From an uncultured Eubacteriales bacterium (GTDB lineage: Bacteria > Bacillota > Clostridia > Christensenellales > CAG-138), in contig CADBRR010000007.1 in assembly GCA_902797145.1 (NCBI GenBank), forward strand, positions 1-62,719: a stretch of DNA of 62,719 bases, written 5' to 3'. The notes below the pieces were generated by a model. That model saw only the letters and a list, made by a program, of their open reading frames with translations. It had not been told where the DNA came from and searched no databases. The translations under genes were made by a program, and so were the position numbers. Of the stretch, positions 27,775-39,213 are shown piece by piece. The first letter of the stretch is position 1. Each line of letters opens with the position of its first letter.

Positions 27775-27781
27775 TAAAATC

Positions 27782-27801
27782 AGGAGCGGTTATAACCGCT
27801 C
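27782..27801. terminator. palindromic hairpin between convergent genes
   Basis: GGAGCGGTTATAACCGCTCC is a perfect 20-nt palindrome between the stops at 27774 and 27809. Flanking U-tracts are weak. Confidence 0.45.
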
Positions 27802-27808
27802 CAATCGC

Positions 27809-28567
27809 TTATTTATCTAATTTACTTATAATGCAGTTCAGGATTTTCTTGTCATTAGAACCCACAATGCTAATATAGTCGATATCATCAACTGAAAATT
27901 TTGAAATATTGAGTTCATATCCCTCAAACGATTGGTTTTTATAATCGAGCTGAACGCTCATATTTTCGCATGATGATATTTCATCAGCAGAATACAAATT
28001 CAATATAAACCTTAGATATTCAACATTGTTTGTATGATTAAGATAATCAATATTAGTTGACCTTACCTTAACGCTTTCAATATGCTCGGCATTTTCAAAA
28101 TCTACAAATTTATCAAACTCTACACCATCTAATTTAGCAGGCGACAACATTTCCTGAGTAAGTCCGACAGTTGATGTTTTCCTTACCCTGCCCGTATTTA
28201 TATCGAGTGCGCACATTTCAAGATGCGATTTTATCGCCTCGTTTCCGTTTTCGTCAACAACTTCTGTATCAACAAACATTTTTGCGCTTGTAAATCCCGA
28301 AATGAACGAACGAACACGTATCTTATCCCTCCACTTGGGACGAGATGATATAACTACTTTATTTTTCGTAAAAACCCAAGTAGCACCATATTTTTCAATA
28401 AGCGTAACTCCGTCAATCTGCATAGAACCGAGCAGTTCAGTAATCGCATCTTCAACCATCGTAAATGCAGAAATTATTGACATTCCAACCTTGTTATCAC
28501 ACATACTCGCCTTAATGTGCGAATCAATAATGTATTCCATATTTTCCCTCGTAATTTTTATTAACAT
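27809..28567 (-). CDS. acyl-ACP thioesterase-like (double hotdog) protein
   Basis: WVFTKNKVVISSRPKWRDKIRVRSF and IDYLNHTNNVEYLRF (D-x-N-x-H-x-NN-x-x-Y) fit the FatA/B-type thioesterase pattern. Confidence 0.6.
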   Translation of the reverse strand: MLIKITRENMEYIIDSHIKASMCDNKVGMSIISAFTMVEDAITELLGSMQIDGVTLIEKYGATWVFTKNKVVISSRPKWRDKIRVRSFISGFTSAKMFVDTEVVDENGNEAIKSHLEMCALDINTGRVRKTSTVGLTQEMLSPAKLDGVEFDKFVDFENAEHIESVKVRSTNIDYLNHTNNVEYLRFILNLYSADEISSCENMSVQLDYKNQSFEGYELNISKFSVDDIDYISIVGSNDKKILNCIISKLDK

Positions 28568-28649
28568 TATTATGATACTCTATGGTTTTAACATTGTCAA
28601 ATAGCGTTCAAATAAATAAACGGTGCCGATAAGCACCGCTTAAAATAAA

Positions 28650-29132
28650 TCAATATTCATCAATTTCATCGTTGCAAAGGAACATAGATAAAAGCGTAAT
28701 TTTATCTATGTTCCATTCTATCTTAATTCCAAGAACTTCGCCAGCAAGCTTTGTTGCATCTATTGAGAAAAGGTCAAGCGTATATCTTGCTTTTTCGGGA
28801 AACAAACAAGGCTCACCATCTATTCTTCTGCATTTTTTACAGATACCGCACGATGTTGACGAAACAGCATAGGAATTTTTATACTTCTTTTCAAGAGTCA
28901 AGAACTTTTCTAATATTTCAAGCCTTTTAGGTTCTATGCACCGTCCATTAGCAATCTGTTCACCTATAATATAAGCATACTTGAACTTTTCAAGAAAAGC
29001 TTTTCTATCAAAATCTATCGGCGGACACGAATAATTACTTCCATAGTTTTTACATTCCTTGCAAAACGATTCGAACTCAGGCTTATGATATTTTTCTATA
29101 AGCTCTTGTGTTGTTATCTTAATTATTTTCAA
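28650..29132 (-). CDS. DUF2284 metal-binding protein
   Basis: CKECKNYGSNYSCPP and CGICKKC cysteine clusters. Overlaps the antiporter gene end by 14 nt. Confidence 0.6.
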   Translation of the reverse strand: MKIIKITTQELIEKYHKPEFESFCKECKNYGSNYSCPPIDFDRKAFLEKFKYAYIIGEQIANGRCIEPKRLEILEKFLTLEKKYKNSYAVSSTSCGICKKCRRIDGEPCLFPEKARYTLDLFSIDATKLAGEVLGIKIEWNIDKITLLSMFLCNDEIDEY

Positions 29133-30336
29133 GCTTTATTTCACCTGCCGCTTTAAGTGATATTTTTGCAAGAACAGGTCCTAAAAGCTCATAAATGAGC
29201 GTTCCGCAAAGAATAATAGTTCGTATCTGGTCTGCAAGTTCTTTTTCCATAACGGTGTATGCAACGAGTGAAAGACCTATAGCAACGCCTGCCTGAGGAA
29301 CGAGTGCTGGCCCCAAATATTTCTTTACAGTCTTTGGAGCATTCGTTATAACAGCGCCAAACCATGCGCCAAACATCTTGCCAAGAACCCTGAATACAAC
29401 ATAGATTACACCGACAACACCGATAAGCGGAATTATCGAAACATCGAGGTTTGCGCCTGATGAAACGAAAAACAGCATAAATATTGGTGGCGTGAAATTA
29501 TCGACAATATCGAATATTTCATCAGCTTCATCACAAAGATTTATGAAGAAACCGCTCATAATCATAGTTGTCAATAACGATGAACCACCGAGCGCTTCTG
29601 AAACGCTGTACGCAAGGAATACAAATCCTATTACAACACAAAGTCTGTTTGATTTAAGCTTAAACCATTTTATTGGCAAGCACATAAGCGCACCAAGGAC
29701 ACCGCCAACTATAAGCGAAATACCAATTTCAATAAACGGTTTAAGAATTGAAATGAAAAGTGGTTCATCACCCGTTGCAGTAATTGCTTTAGCTGCTGCA
29801 ACAGCGAAACCGAATCCCATAAGCGCAACTGCATCATCGAGTGCAACAACGCTCAAAAGCGTTTCTGTAACAGGTCCTTTTGCCTTGTACTGCTTAATAA
29901 CCATAATAGTTGCGGCAGGCGCAGTTGCGCTCGCAATAGCGCCAATAACAAGCGCAAACGACCAGCCGTATTGCGGAACTATAAGCATCATTGCAGTAGT
30001 TACAAACACTATTGCCATAACGCCTTCAAATATAGCAATAACTATCGGCATTGCGCCAACACGCTTGAAATATGAAAGCTTGAAGCTTGCGCCGACTGAA
30101 AGCGCAATAAATCCAAGCGCAAGGTTAGATGCAAAGCTGTTAATGCTACCAACTGTTGCTTTAAGATTTTCAGCAGATTCAACATCAAAACTCTTTGTTA
30201 CATAATAAGCAATAGTGCTTACGAGCAATCCGCCAACGATATAACCTGTAACATTGGGAAGCTTAACTTTTCCTGCGAGTTTACCGAACAAAAGCCCCGT
30301 TACAATCATCAGGGCAAGATAAAATAGTATATTCAT
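29119..30336 (-). CDS. cation:proton antiporter (CPA family)
   Basis: 405 aa, about 11-12 hydrophobic segments, and an N-terminus LLFGKLAGKVKLPNVTGYIVGGLL typical of Na+/H+ exchanger family proteins. Confidence 0.75.
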   Translation of the reverse strand: MNILFYLALMIVTGLLFGKLAGKVKLPNVTGYIVGGLLVSTIAYYVTKSFDVESAENLKATVGSINSFASNLALGFIALSVGASFKLSYFKRVGAMPIVIAIFEGVMAIVFVTTAMMLIVPQYGWSFALVIGAIASATAPAATIMVIKQYKAKGPVTETLLSVVALDDAVALMGFGFAVAAAKAITATGDEPLFISILKPFIEIGISLIVGGVLGALMCLPIKWFKLKSNRLCVVIGFVFLAYSVSEALGGSSLLTTMIMSGFFINLCDEADEIFDIVDNFTPPIFMLFFVSSGANLDVSIIPLIGVVGVIYVVFRVLGKMFGAWFGAVITNAPKTVKKYLGPALVPQAGVAIGLSLVAYTVMEKELADQIRTIILCGTLIYELLGPVLAKISLKAAGEIKLENN

Positions 30337-30350
30337 AACTGTATTGCCTC

Positions 30351-30719
30351 TTAATTTTCCTTATGTTTATTTAAGCCCTTGCCACGAACGGTATCAATAG
30401 GCATAGTGAACATAATTCCCGAATCGGGATCTGATAAATCGCCTACAATTTTATCAACGCATTCGAAAATCGTATCAACCTGATCGTCACGCAAAACAGT
30501 AAGAATTGTTTTGTTTGTCTTTCTCGACTTATTGTTGAGCATAGCACGGATAGAGCCTAAAAATGGGATTTCTTCCTCTCCATGATACGAACCATAAAGT
30601 TCCCTTGCCATACCCTGACTATCAAGAATTGTCGCACCACAAATGCCATGTGTTGCAAATTCCGTCATAAGCTCATCGAGCTTATCAACCTTGTTAAGTA
30701 CCATTATAAATAATTTCAT
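30351..30719 (-). CDS. P-II-like small signalling protein
   Basis: 122 aa. MKLFIMVLNK...HGICGATILDSQG follows a beta-alpha-beta PII-type pattern with a T-loop-like insert. 14 nt upstream of the antiporter. Confidence 0.5.
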   Translation of the reverse strand: MKLFIMVLNKVDKLDELMTEFATHGICGATILDSQGMARELYGSYHGEEEIPFLGSIRAMLNNKSRKTNKTILTVLRDDQVDTIFECVDKIVGDLSDPDSGIMFTMPIDTVRGKGLNKHKEN

Positions 30720-30829
30720 AATCTACCTCCAATTTTCTCCAATAACTATTTTACCACTTTAAATTAATATATCAAGTAAAATATAATATATAAAAGAACT
30801 ATCCCGATTATGGAATAGTTCTTGACAAT

Positions 30830-31993
30830 TTACAGGCTATTTATCTTCTTTTCAAGATGTTCCATTGCCCTTTTAAGTTCTTGACGAGGAAGTGCAACAT
30901 TTATTCTCATATAAAGGTTATCCCTTGTATCGAACTGCGAGCCATCGCAGAACGAAAGCTGAACATCATCAAAGATGAATTTTTCAAGCTCCTGCCTTGA
31001 CATTGAAAGCCCCGAAAAATCAATCCATGCAAGATATGTTCCCTCACTTCTTGAATATTTTAGCTGAGGAAGTTTTTCATCAATAAAGTTATAGAGGTAA
31101 TCCAAATTGCCTTTAAGATATTTAATTAACTCATCGAGCCATTCATCGCACTTTGAAAATGCAGTTATCGCTGCTGCCCTTGCAAAATAAGGTACGCAGA
31201 ATCCGCCAAGTGCTTGAAGCTTATCATTTACTCTCTTCCTCAATTCAGCATTCGGAATTATTATGTTTGAACAGGTTAGCCCTGCAAGGTTAAAAGTCTT
31301 GCTCATAGCTGTGCAGACAATACAGTGTTCCTTCATTGAATCTATATTTGCAAAACAAATATGTTCATGTCCTTCATAAACTATATCGCTATGAATTTCA
31401 TCAGCAATTACGATAACATCGTTTTCCAAGCAAATCTTTGCAACACGTTCAAGCTCGCCCCTCTCCCATACTCGTCCGATAGGATTATGCGGCGAACACA
31501 AAATCATAAGCTTTACATCATCACGCTTTGCAAGCGCTTCAAGCTCTTCAAAGTTCATTTCATATCTGCCGTTTTTAAGCACAAGCCTGTTTTCAACGAG
31601 TTTTCTGTTATTAAGCTTTATCGCATTATGGAACGGCGTATATACAGGCGTCTGTATTATAACTCCATCACCCTCATTTGTAAGCGCATTTACAGCAAGG
31701 CTTATTGCAGGAACAACTCCGTCTGTGAAAACGAGCCAGTCACGCTCAATTTCGAAATTATGCCTGCGCTTCATAAAGCCCTTTAAAGCCTCAAAATAGC
31801 TCTCATCAGCCTCAGTATAACCATAAATTCCATGATCTGCTGCTTTCTTTATAGCCTCTGTAATTTCAGGTGCAACCGCAAATTCCATATCTGCAACAGA
31901 GAACGGCATAAATCCGTTATCATGCTTCATTATTGCCCACTTTATCGCACCTGTATTATGTCTGTCCTTGATTTCATCAAAATTGTACTTCAT
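30830..31993 (-). CDS. patB: MalY/PatB-type PLP-dependent C-S lyase
   Basis: Class I/II aminotransferase fold. SKTFNLAGL PLP-lysine motif. The N-terminus FDEIKDRHNTGAIKW is typical of PatB/MalY. Confidence 0.8.
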   Translation of the reverse strand: MKYNFDEIKDRHNTGAIKWAIMKHDNGFMPFSVADMEFAVAPEITEAIKKAADHGIYGYTEADESYFEALKGFMKRRHNFEIERDWLVFTDGVVPAISLAVNALTNEGDGVIIQTPVYTPFHNAIKLNNRKLVENRLVLKNGRYEMNFEELEALAKRDDVKLMILCSPHNPIGRVWERGELERVAKICLENDVIVIADEIHSDIVYEGHEHICFANIDSMKEHCIVCTAMSKTFNLAGLTCSNIIIPNAELRKRVNDKLQALGGFCVPYFARAAAITAFSKCDEWLDELIKYLKGNLDYLYNFIDEKLPQLKYSRSEGTYLAWIDFSGLSMSRQELEKFIFDDVQLSFCDGSQFDTRDNLYMRINVALPRQELKRAMEHLEKKINSL

Positions 31994-32011
31994 TTTCCGA
32001 TATCTCCACTT

Positions 32012-34276
32012 TTAAAGTTTCCAGATATCCTTTGCGTATTCTTTAACAGTTCTATCGCTTGAAAAGATACCTGAACAAGTCATATTATACAAGCACTTTC
32101 GTCCAAAGTCAATTCTATTCTGATAATCCCTGTTAGTCTTCCACTTTGCATCTATATATGGCATAAGGTCAAGCAGTACATAGAAATTATCCGCCCTATG
32201 ATAATCTGCACCATAAAGCAATGAATTATATATTTCTCTGAACATACCGCTTGACTCGTCAGAGAACGTCCCGTCAACAAGCGAATCAACAACTCTTTTT
32301 ATACGAATATCATTAAGGTAAATATCCATCGGGTTATATTTATGTTCAAGCCGTTTTATATCTTCAACCCTCATGCCGAAAATATAATTGTTTTCCTTGC
32401 CTGCCTGCTCAATTATCTCAATGTTAGCACCATCATATGTTCCGAGCGTTACAGCACCGTTCATCATAAATTTCATATTGCCTGTGCCTGACGCTTCTGT
32501 ACCTGCCAGTGAAATTTGCTCCGAAACATCGCTTGCTGTCATTATTTTTTCAGCAGCTGAACAGTTATAATCAGGCACAAAAATCACACGCATAAGCTTG
32601 TTTATTAGTTTATCTGAATTTACCTTGTTTGCTATTTCGTTTATAAATTTAATTATACCCTTTGCACGAGTATAACCTACTGCCGCCTTCGCACCAAATA
32701 TAAACACTGTCGGATAAAAACTTCGTATGTATCCGTCTTTTATACCATAGTAAATATAAAGTATCGAAAACGCATTCATTAGTTGCCTTTTATATTCATG
32801 AAGTCTTTTTATCTGTGAATCAATAATAAAATCCTGTGGAATTTCAATTCCATGCCTTATAAACATATATTCAGCAAGCTTTTTCTTATTTTCATACTTT
32901 ATCTCATTGAATGATTTTATCGTATCTTCATTTATAAATGGCTTGAAATCGGCTATTTTTTCCATGTCAAACATAAAATCATAACCAATCCTATCGCCAA
33001 CAAGCTTTGCAAGCTGTCCATTACAAAATCCGAACCATCGTCTTTGCGTAACTCCGTTAGTCTTGTTTTGGAATTTCTGTGGCGCAACACTATACCATTT
33101 TTTTAGAACGTCTTTTTTGAGTATTTCAGTATGCAGCTTCGCAACACCGTTTATGTATTTCGAACCAAAACACGCAAGATGAACCATATGTATAATATTA
33201 CCGTCAATAATTCTAAATGGCGATAAAGAATCGAGTTTTTTAATTATTCCATATATTTCTGGTACAATTTCTTCAAATACGCTTGCATTCCACCTCTCAA
33301 GCGCTTCCGACATAACTGTATGGTTTGTATAATTAAAAACATTTCTCGTTATTTCAAATGCGTTTTCAAAGCTCATATTTTCAATCATAAGAAGCCTAAT
33401 AAGCTCCGGAATAGATATTACAGGGTGCGTATCGTTAAGCTGAATTGTAACATAATCTGCAAAATTTTTCAAATCGCTGTGGTTCTTTTTATATGTCCTT
33501 ATAATATCTTTAAGCGTTGCGCTCGACAAAAAATATTGCTGCCTCAATCTAAGTTTTTTGCCCTCAAAACTGCTGTCATCAGGATATAAAACCCTTGTAA
33601 TATCCTCTGCCCTGTTCTTATCCCTTACAGCCTCGTCATATTTGCCATACGAAAACAGGCTATAATTAAACGGAATTATGGGTTCGCATTGCCATAATCT
33701 TAATGTATTAACAGTATTATTCCTATTCCCAGTTATGGGCAATCCAATTATGGATAGCCCAATAATGGGCATATCATACGGAATTGCAATAACGCTCATA
33801 TCCGCAAAATCAACATTTACAGCATCGCATTCACGACGAACGCTAAAAACATCACCGCATCTTGTCCAATCATCAGGATATTCCCTCTGGAATCCGTTTT
33901 CTATCTGCTGACGGAAAAATCCGTATTTATATCGCAACCCATAACCATCAAGCGGTATGTTATGCGTTGCTGCACTATCAAGAAAACAAGCAGAAAGCCT
34001 GCCAAGTCCTCCATTACCGAGCGCAACATCTGGTATAAATTCAAGGCATGAAATATCAATTTCTTTTTCTCTAAGTCGATTTTTAACATTTTCATACATT
34101 CCAAGCATATGTAGATTATTGTTTATCATATTGCCCATTAGATATTCACAGGAAAGATAATATGCTCTCCTTGATTTTTGCTTGCTTTTTTCGGTATTTT
34201 CCCAATCGTTTACAACAGAGTCCATTATTTCTCCGCCAATTTCATTATATAACTTTACAATATCTCTATATTCCAT
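32012..34276 (-). CDS. glgP: glycogen/maltodextrin phosphorylase (GT35)
   Basis: EASGTGNMKFMMNGA PLP-site motif, plus GNGGLGRLAACF-like GNGGLGRLSACF. Confidence 0.93.
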   Translation of the reverse strand: MEYRDIVKLYNEIGGEIMDSVVNDWENTEKSKQKSRRAYYLSCEYLMGNMINNNLHMLGMYENVKNRLREKEIDISCLEFIPDVALGNGGLGRLSACFLDSAATHNIPLDGYGLRYKYGFFRQQIENGFQREYPDDWTRCGDVFSVRRECDAVNVDFADMSVIAIPYDMPIIGLSIIGLPITGNRNNTVNTLRLWQCEPIIPFNYSLFSYGKYDEAVRDKNRAEDITRVLYPDDSSFEGKKLRLRQQYFLSSATLKDIIRTYKKNHSDLKNFADYVTIQLNDTHPVISIPELIRLLMIENMSFENAFEITRNVFNYTNHTVMSEALERWNASVFEEIVPEIYGIIKKLDSLSPFRIIDGNIIHMVHLACFGSKYINGVAKLHTEILKKDVLKKWYSVAPQKFQNKTNGVTQRRWFGFCNGQLAKLVGDRIGYDFMFDMEKIADFKPFINEDTIKSFNEIKYENKKKLAEYMFIRHGIEIPQDFIIDSQIKRLHEYKRQLMNAFSILYIYYGIKDGYIRSFYPTVFIFGAKAAVGYTRAKGIIKFINEIANKVNSDKLINKLMRVIFVPDYNCSAAEKIMTASDVSEQISLAGTEASGTGNMKFMMNGAVTLGTYDGANIEIIEQAGKENNYIFGMRVEDIKRLEHKYNPMDIYLNDIRIKRVVDSLVDGTFSDESSGMFREIYNSLLYGADYHRADNFYVLLDLMPYIDAKWKTNRDYQNRIDFGRKCLYNMTCSGIFSSDRTVKEYAKDIWKL

Positions 34277-34343
34277 AAAAAAATCTCCATATAGTTAAAA
34301 TCCTTATTATTCTAACCATATGGAGAAAAATTTATTAAATTTT

Positions 34344-35747
34344 TTATATTTCAATAATTGATGATATTTTTGAAACAGCATCGGAAATCTTATTCTTGTC
34401 TTCGGAAACAAGCTGAATATGTATTCCATTTAAGAATATTTTTGTGATTGGCATTATAATATCTATAAATGCTCGCTCCTGCTCGTTTAACGCACGCAAT
34501 TCATCATATGCACCAATGAACTCATCGACTATATTTTCCTCCTTATCGCCATCATATTTTGAGCATACAGAGAGTGCCTCGTTTATAACATTATTTGCAA
34601 AAATATCATCACGTGCAATATCGTTGCTTCCTATATCAAGAACATCGCCATGTACAGCATATTCTTTAGCTCTTGACGCAATTTTATACAAACTGTTATA
34701 AATTTCATTCGCCTTTTCTTTGATTTTCTTTATCTGCCTGCGGTCCGATCCCCTTGCATTTCCTGTATCGATAGCCGAATCAAGATAGATTATAAAATTG
34801 CTGACAATATCGCCTTTTTCAAAAACAGACTCAGCAGTTCTATCACCGATTTTAAGCTCGTTTTTTTCCGAAATAATGTGCGTTTTTGCAAGTAATGCAG
34901 CAAGATTTTTTATATCAGATTGAGTTAATTTAAAATTCTTGCCTCTTTTATTTAAATCAAATTCATTTACTGAGCAAATAAGCTTATCATTAAAATTTGA
35001 ATAAACTTTGCCATTTTTATTAAAAAGAAACTTCAAAATTTCTATCCCATTTTCACGCATTATATAGCAAAAATGAATTGTATTTTTTACAACATCTTCA
35101 TCGTATTCATCCGATTGTGAAATGCTTATAACATAGCTTTTTCCGCTATCAAGCGTAACTTTTAAGCGGATAAAAGTAAAATCCTCACTCTGAATATTTG
35201 TAATATATAAAGCGTTTTCACATCTAAACTCGATTCCATATTGAGAAAGAATACTTGAAATATCTTTTTCTTCAAGATATAACCTATCGCCTTTTGAATG
35301 CTGGGATAAATCATCATTCCACATTATAAAAGCATCTTCGCCATTTGAGTAATAACGTTTTCTCGTTCCTCTATGAACAAAACCTATTTTTTCATATAGT
35401 CCCTGCGCAGGCAAGTTGTGTTCACGAACTTCAAGCGTCATAACATCGGCACCGTTTCTTAACGCCTCGCTCATCATATCGTACATTAAAAACTCACCAA
35501 AGCCCATTCTTCGTACCTTTGATGATACCGCAACGTTGTTTATATGCGCTTCATCATATAGAATCCACATTCCTGCGTATCCTACAACCTGTTCATCGTA
35601 TTCAACGACACGATAATGCGCAATTTCCCTATCGCATTCATCATAAAGCGAATCAAGGCTCCATGGGTCTTGAAAACATTCTTCTTCAAGCTCATATACT
35701 CTTGGAACATCTTCTCTCGTCATGGGCCTTGTCGAAACGATTTTCAT
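34344..35747 (-). CDS. rimI: RimI-type GNAT acetyltransferase fused to a C-terminal kinase-like (APH/CotS-like) domain
   Basis: Residues 1-150 are RimI-like (FQDPWS..., NVAVSSKVRRMGFGEFL, LEVREHNLPAQGLYEKIGF). About 310 extra residues have an N-lobe-like segment (FIRLKV..., ENGIEI) and AVHGD. Last gene of the tsaE-tsaB-rimI cluster. Confidence 0.7.
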   Translation of the reverse strand: MKIVSTRPMTREDVPRVYELEEECFQDPWSLDSLYDECDREIAHYRVVEYDEQVVGYAGMWILYDEAHINNVAVSSKVRRMGFGEFLMYDMMSEALRNGADVMTLEVREHNLPAQGLYEKIGFVHRGTRKRYYSNGEDAFIMWNDDLSQHSKGDRLYLEEKDISSILSQYGIEFRCENALYITNIQSEDFTFIRLKVTLDSGKSYVISISQSDEYDEDVVKNTIHFCYIMRENGIEILKFLFNKNGKVYSNFNDKLICSVNEFDLNKRGKNFKLTQSDIKNLAALLAKTHIISEKNELKIGDRTAESVFEKGDIVSNFIIYLDSAIDTGNARGSDRRQIKKIKEKANEIYNSLYKIASRAKEYAVHGDVLDIGSNDIARDDIFANNVINEALSVCSKYDGDKEENIVDEFIGAYDELRALNEQERAFIDIIMPITKIFLNGIHIQLVSEDKNKISDAVSKISSIIEI

Positions 35748-36391
35748 TACTTTACCTTCATTCTTTCCGCCTGTGATGGCTTTAAATACATAGGCTTAAC
35801 TTCATCAAGCAATTCTTTTTTGTATTTTACTGCATACTCGACAACGCCTTTTGCCGAAAGTTCATTATCGTCGCTGATTGTAGAGTTTTTAACCATATCG
35901 TTTATTAAATCGGAATATTTTTCAGCTCCATCACCCACAAAAACCGTGTTTTCAGGTATTTTATATAAAAACTTCTCCACAACAACAGCTGTCGGTTCTA
36001 TTGTTTCTTCGCCACATTCAAACAATGCCCCATATCCGTTTGCATTCCTTGCATCAATAAGCGAACATATGCTTTTATTTTCTTTGCAATTCATCATTAA
36101 CGCTTCGAGCGAGCTTACAGAATAAATTTTCTTGCCTGTTGCGAACGCAAGTGCGTTTATAAACGCAACTCCTATTCTAACCCCGGTAAACGAACCCGGT
36201 CCTACATCGACCGCAAACGCATCAATATCATTAGCCGATAACGAATTGTTATTGAGAATTTCCTTTGTTATAACGGCTATTGTTTCTGAATGAGTTTTTC
36301 CACTTCTATCAATGATTTCAGATATTTTTCCATCAATATATATTGCAACGGAAGCCGACTTTCCCGATGTTGAAACTGCAAGTATTTTCAT
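35747..36391 (-). CDS. tsaB: tRNA t6A biosynthesis protein TsaB
   Basis: MKILAVSTSGKSASVAI...VDVGPGSFTGVRIGV is the YeaZ signature. Confidence 0.88.
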   Translation of the reverse strand: MKILAVSTSGKSASVAIYIDGKISEIIDRSGKTHSETIAVITKEILNNNSLSANDIDAFAVDVGPGSFTGVRIGVAFINALAFATGKKIYSVSSLEALMMNCKENKSICSLIDARNANGYGALFECGEETIEPTAVVVEKFLYKIPENTVFVGDGAEKYSDLINDMVKNSTISDDNELSAKGVVEYAVKYKKELLDEVKPMYLKPSQAERMKVK

Positions 36392-36851
36392 AATTTATCC
36401 ACCTCAGAATTTAATAGCATTTCATCATATTTTTTGCCAAACGATACAAATTCCATTAACCTATTCATATCTCCGCTTCCGTATATATGGACTTCAAGCC
36501 TATCTTCAGGTATTGCATCTGAAACAAGCTCGCACCACTCCATAAATATTATTCCGCCTCGATTCATATAATCATCATAGCCTATATCATAAAGCTCATC
36601 AGATGAAGAAAGCCTGTATGCATCAAAATGGAAAAGCTCCATATCGCCCTTATGCTCACGAACAATAGTAAATGTGGGGCTTTGAACATCATCAATTCCA
36701 AGGTGTTTTGCAACATGATATGTAAACGTTGTTTTTCCCGAACCTAAATCGCCATAGAGCGCAATAAATGCCCCTTTAAACAAACATTTTGCTATTTTTT
36801 CTGATATTATATCAAGCTTTTCTTCATCAATATTTTCTATTCTAACTCTCA

Positions 36852-36852
<1 letters not shown>
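36388..36852 (-). CDS. tsaE: tRNA t6A biosynthesis ATPase TsaE
   Basis: LYGDLGSGKTTF Walker A and SPTFTIV motifs. Confidence 0.88.
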
Positions 36853-37976
<1,124 letters not shown>

Positions 37977-37988
37977 TCACCTTTTTAT

Positions 37989-39011
37989 TTAATAGATAAA
38001 CATTGCGTCACCAAAGCTGAAAAATCTATATTTTTCTTCAACTGCATGGTTGTATACACGAAGCATTTCTTCTCTTGACGAAAATGCGCTTACGAGCATA
38101 AGCAGAGTTGATTCCGGCAAGTGGAAATTAGTAATAAGTGCATCCATAGCCTTGAATTTATAACCCGGAGTTATAAAAATATCTGTCCAGCCCGATTTTG
38201 CGTGTACGATGCCATCTTCATCTGTTACGCTTTCAAGCGTTCTACATGATGTTGTACCAACGCATATAACTCTTCCGCCGTTTTTCCTTGCCGAATTTAT
38301 TCTGTCTGCCGCTTCTTGAGTAACCTTGTAATATTCCGAGTGCATATGATGTTCTTCCACATTATCAGCCGATACAGGTCTAAATGTACCCAAGCCAACA
38401 TGGAGCAAAACATCTACGATTTCTACACCCATAGCCTTTATTTCATCAAGCAATTCGTTTGTGAAATGAAGCCCGGCAGTGGGCGCAGCCGCAGAACCAT
38501 TTTCCTTTGCGTATACAGTCTGGTATCGTTCTTTATCTGCAAGTCGCTCCGTTATATAAGGCGGAAGCGGCATTTCGCCTACTCTATCAAGAACTTCTTC
38601 AAATACGCCTTCATATTCAAACTCAACAATTCTTCCACCACTATCAGTAGGTTCGCATATAATTGCGTAAAGCTCATCGCTGATTTTGAATTTCAAGCCT
38701 GCCTTAGCCCTTCTACCCGGCTTAACGAGAGTTTCCCAATGGTTATCATCAATCCTTTTGAGCAGTAAAAACTCCATTCGACCTCCTGTTTCTTCACGTA
38801 TTCCGTAAATTCTTGCAGGAAGAACCCTTGTAACATTTCTTACAAGAACATCGCCCTTTTTAAGGTATTTCTTTATATCAGTAAATACACCGTCAGTTAT
38901 ACTTTTTTCGAATTTATTGTACACAAGAAGCCTCGATTCGCTCCTCACCTTTGCAGGTGTTTGTGCGATAAGCTCCTTAGGAAGATTATAATAAAAATCA
39001 CTCGTTTTCAT
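37989..39011 (-). CDS. queA: S-adenosylmethionine:tRNA ribosyltransferase-isomerase
   Basis: [14 protein letters not shown]...SRLLV...PLPPYI...[13 protein letters not shown]...[11 protein letters not shown]. Confidence 0.95.
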   Translation of the reverse strand: MKTSDFYYNLPKELIAQTPAKVRSESRLLVYNKFEKSITDGVFTDIKKYLKKGDVLVRNVTRVLPARIYGIREETGGRMEFLLLKRIDDNHWETLVKPGRRAKAGLKFKISDELYAIICEPTDSGGRIVEFEYEGVFEEVLDRVGEMPLPPYITERLADKERYQTVYAKENGSAAAPTAGLHFTNELLDEIKAMGVEIVDVLLHVGLGTFRPVSADNVEEHHMHSEYYKVTQEAADRINSARKNGGRVICVGTTSCRTLESVTDEDGIVHAKSGWTDIFITPGYKFKAMDALITNFHLPESTLLMLVSAFSSREEMLRVYNHAVEEKYRFFSFGDAMFIY

Positions 39012-39213
39012 ATTTTTAACCCTTATCTACATTATATTCCAAGTTATATTATAATTTATTTATTCCGATTTATCAACATATATTTTATTAACAAATAAGT
39101 TACAATATATTATTCAACATTTATTGACAAATATATTTTTTAATTATAAAATTAAATATGCTAAATTACATAAATAACAATATTTGATATATATTTAATT
39201 ATGAGGTAATGAG

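Noticed and set aside
29492-30205. 237-aa plus-strand ORF inside the antiporter gene
   Set aside because: It is antisense to a clear multi-TM transporter. Its composition (Ser/Thr/Ile/Ala runs) mirrors the complement of hydrophobic codons. This is a shadow ORF.
35616-36125. 169-aa plus-strand ORF across the rimI/tsaB junction
   Set aside because: It is antisense to two well-supported genes and has no motifs or SD.
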